Source: Bacillota bacterium (GTDB taxonomy: Bacteria; Bacillota; DTU025). Taken from it: a stretch of 64,000 bases of DNA. A model generated the notes under the pieces. The model was not told where the DNA came from, ran no database searches, and worked only from the letters and a program-made list of their open reading frames with translations. Position 1 is the stretch's first letter. Every line of letters begins with the position of its first letter. Positions 61,423-64,000 of this stretch are shown here, one piece after another. Location of the stretch: the NCBI GenBank assembly GCA_050951805.1, contig JBMNJT010000002.1, positions 1,312,001 to 1,376,000 of the forward strand, given 5' to 3'. The translations under genes were made by a program, and so were the position numbers.

Positions 61423-62530
61423 TTGGCTCTCCCCTCCCCTCCAACATCTCCCGAAAGGCCACCGCCCTGGTGAGCACCTGCCCCGTCCTTCCCGCGCCGT
61501 ATTCGCCCTCCAGAAGGAGGCTGGGCAACCCGAAACTTTCCCTCAGCCCTCGCTTCACATCGGGAAAATCGTAGTAGCCCAAATCGCAGAACTTCGGAGC
61601 GAAGTACACAAGGCCTTTGGCCCCATACATGGCCGCAAGCGCGCCCAAACGCGCAATACGTTCGTCGCCTGCGAACATTCTAGGACATCCGGGTTTTGAC
61701 AGATATGACCTCGCCAACTCCATGTATATATCGTAGCTCGGGTTAACATCGACAGAAAAGTCGTACACCCTCTGACACATGCAGGAATCGATAAAGACTG
61801 GCTCCAGTCCGGCTTCTTCAATGCACTCTACTACGGACAAATCGAGAAGACACGTTCCCGACACGCCGACCCGCACCCGTCCAGCCAACGCTGGGGGTTG
61901 CACCGAGACTGACAGCGCCTTCTCGATCTCGGCGCGGACCGCTCGCGTTAAAGCGTCACAAACCTCTCGGCCAAACCCTTCTTCCCTATCCCAGGTCATT
62001 CCCCAACGCGCCACATCCCCCATAAGCTCGTTTACGTCCATAATTGCCTGCAATAGCCGGGAAGCGCGCAAGGTGCCTTCTTCCAAAGACCTTGCAGTCT
62101 CCGCCATCGCAGCCCTCGCCTTATTCATCGCCTCGCACGCAAGGCGCAAGCTCTGCTCCTCCACCTGCCCTGCTGGGCCTACCACCCCGATGTGCCTCGC
62201 CATCTGCCGCAGTTCGCCGGCAAAGTAGTCCACAGCAGCTTCATCTGCTGTTCGCGGCACATCGAGGTAAAAAACGTCCGCTGCAAGACCCCAGTACCTG
62301 ATTGCATCGTATGCCCGCCTCATCGCATCACAAGACCCTGCAATGGCCAACACGTCACCAGGGTCATATTCCCTCATCAACGCCCTGGCATATGGGCAGA
62401 AATCCCGGGGAAGAAGGCCGTCCGCATCTACTTCGGCCCCGTCTAGGACAAAGAGCCTCTTCGCCGGTAGCCCGGCTGCAAGAGGCAGTTCCAGCGGTAT
62501 GTAGCTGCACGACGTCAACAACATTCTCAT
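61412..62530 (-). CDS. 2-hydroxyacyl-CoA dehydratase subunit (HgdA/B family)
   Basis: CSYIPLE, FCPY, SCDAMRR, CPR, KFCD, GQVLTR..AF. Confidence 0.88.
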   Translation of the reverse strand: MRMLLTSCSYIPLELPLAAGLPAKRLFVLDGAEVDADGLLPRDFCPYARALMREYDPGDVLAIAGSCDAMRRAYDAIRYWGLAADVFYLDVPRTADEAAVDYFAGELRQMARHIGVVGPAGQVEEQSLRLACEAMNKARAAMAETARSLEEGTLRASRLLQAIMDVNELMGDVARWGMTWDREEGFGREVCDALTRAVRAEIEKALSVSVQPPALAGRVRVGVSGTCLLDLSVVECIEEAGLEPVFIDSCMCQRVYDFSVDVNPSYDIYMELARSYLSKPGCPRMFAGDERIARLGALAAMYGAKGLVYFAPKFCDLGYYDFPDVKRGLRESFGLPSLLLEGEYGAGRTGQVLTRAVAFREMLEGRGEPSGA

Positions 62531-62653
62531 TCCTCCGGCCCGGTTCGCACACCCTAGTACCATCCCACACGGCGGCCTCTGATTCTGCTTTTTGTCGTGT
62601 TCTACGCAATGCCCGGACTTTCCTGCCTCGATGCAGCCAGGTTCCAGGAACGC

Positions 62654-63532
62654 TCATTCTTTCTCCCTCCCCAGCCGGTCAATGAAGCGAAGCACCCTGT
62701 TGTCCTCTATGACTTTGCCGAAAGACATCCGTTCCGATGCCAACGTAAGCCACACGAGAACGATCAGAGCGCTCGTCCGCCACCCGACTGTCATCTGGAG
62801 AAGGCAGTAACCAAGGGCTGCGCCGAGGGCATTGGACCCAGTGTCTCCAAGCATTGCTGTTTCGCCAAGATCCGCAGGGAAAAAGGCGATCGCGGCTCCA
62901 AGGGCAGATCCCGCCGGGCTGAGCATTCGCGCCAAACCGGCCTTCCCGTCCTTCATCCAAAACCACATGCTAAGGGCCGCAAACCCCAGTAGAAACCCTT
63001 TTATTGCGCGCCCTGGCCGCCTATCAAGCAAGTTGATCAAGTTGGCAGAGAGTGCTACGACTGCGGCGTCCATCAAGTCCCTGATTCCCACGGGAGCCAT
63101 TGCCAGCAGCTCGACAGCGCCAAGAGAAACCGCTCCGCCCAAGAAGACCTTGACCACCCCCGTAGTGAAGGAGCCCTGGGACAATGCGCCGAAATGTCCG
63201 CTAAACCCCGACTGGGCGTGACCTCCCAGCATGTCGTCGATAAAACCGGCGAACCCAAATCCGACGATCACCAGGAGGTAGGCTCCAACTCTGCCCGGCT
63301 CGTCCACGTGGATCCCGCCAAGTGCTCCAACGAGAATGGGTCCTAGAACAGCTCCGAATGGCACAACAAGGCCGCCCGGGAAGGCTACCGGTTTTCGACG
63401 ATAGTTGGCCACAGGTCCAACGGTTCGCAAGAGCATTTCTGTGACGCCCTTCAAGGACGCGGCCACGATCATCCCGGCCAACAACGCCCCGAAAGCTCCG
63501 TCCCACATCATCCGTGCCTCCGAAGCAATCAC
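62654..63532 (-). CDS. MraY-like (glycosyltransferase family 4) membrane protein
   Basis: NYR, GFIDD, GFSGH, NLINLLDRRPGRA, MLGDTGSNALG. Confidence 0.85.
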   Translation of the reverse strand: MIASEARMMWDGAFGALLAGMIVAASLKGVTEMLLRTVGPVANYRRKPVAFPGGLVVPFGAVLGPILVGALGGIHVDEPGRVGAYLLVIVGFGFAGFIDDMLGGHAQSGFSGHFGALSQGSFTTGVVKVFLGGAVSLGAVELLAMAPVGIRDLMDAAVVALSANLINLLDRRPGRAIKGFLLGFAALSMWFWMKDGKAGLARMLSPAGSALGAAIAFFPADLGETAMLGDTGSNALGAALGYCLLQMTVGWRTSALIVLVWLTLASERMSFGKVIEDNRVLRFIDRLGREKE

Positions 63533-63957
63533 CTCCCAGCGTTCCTAGGGCTATCTTTCGCCACCGCCCAAACGAATATCACGACGAGCACCTCCGCGCT
63601 CGTGTCAGATGGACCGTTCACTCTGTCCGAAAAAATGAGAAGCTCGCCGCGGTCGCGCCCCCACATGGCGCAAGGCGCGGCGAGTCACATGCAGAGTCCC
63701 CGCAAGAATGGCTCCGGCTAGCACTGGAAAACACCCACGAGCTCGTGGGCTGATCTGTCTTGACTCTAATCAGGCGGGGAACGAGAATGGGCATCCACCG
63801 ACGAAGGTGTAATGGGTGCAAGAGATGCCCCAGAAAAGGCCGGTGAATAAAAGTACCCAAACCTTGGAGAGCTCACTACGCGACGACGCAAACTTCTTCT
63901 GGCGCGTCCCTACACGATGCATCCACGCCCGCTCGGAGCATGTCGTCTGCCACACGC

Positions 63958-64000
63958 TCAGCGGCGCCGCATCGTGAGCGCCTCAAGCACCTCTACGAAT
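63958..64000 (-). CDS. C-terminal end of an upstream gene (possibly a family 2 glycosyltransferase)
   Basis: FVEVLEALTMRRR* only; identity inferred from usual synteny with the MraY-like gene. Confidence 0.3.
   Translation of the reverse strand, partial: FVEVLEALTMRRR

Noticed and set aside
59347-62530. Dehydratase/activase genes as plasmalogen synthase PlsA/PlsR (given yhhN)
   Set aside because: Single-domain activase and two ordinary HgdA/B subunits; lacks the double-activase/DUF2229 architecture
62654-63532. 62-kb island between the MraY-like gene and DUF3866 (recalled as neighbours in other Bacillota)
   Set aside because: The intervening DNA is mostly core genes with no integrase or direct repeats; ordinary rearrangement is more likely
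1-64000. CRISPR arrays, tRNA, rRNA, intact IS or prophage genes
   Set aside because: None recognised by eye

Overview
Chromosomal window from a GC-rich, endospore-forming anaerobic Bacillota (inferred from spoVFB, tepA/ylzJ, ger, pdaB, Spo0E-like genes). Most genes are on the minus strand. The core block (1-30 kb) holds DUF3866, rimO, rodZ, ftsK/spoIIIE, uppP, ylzJ-tepA, rnj, dapA-dapG-asd-spoVFB-dapB, dut, spore GH18, two polysaccharide deacetylases, a JAB-DinG helicase and nfo. At 30-35.5 kb is the most striking feature: a two-gene alpha-glucan locus. It pairs a secreted GH57 amylopullulanase with a protein that looks like an outer-membrane beta-barrel (C-terminal Phe) carrying three CBM48-like modules, two of them inserted inside the barrel. 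The accessory zone (36-51 kb) has fetAB, a WD40 protein, a germinant receptor operon with an in-frame GerB-GerC fusion, a decayed group II intron and gene relics. The right end holds a sigma54-driven aldehyde dehydrogenase with its activator and a CofE-like ligase with an inserted PD-(D/E)XK-like domain behind a structured leader. It also carries ComEC-like/DUF3006 and a 2-hydroxyacyl-CoA dehydratase operon. No rRNA, tRNA or CRISPR array was seen. All calls come from motif recognition by eye; no searches were run.
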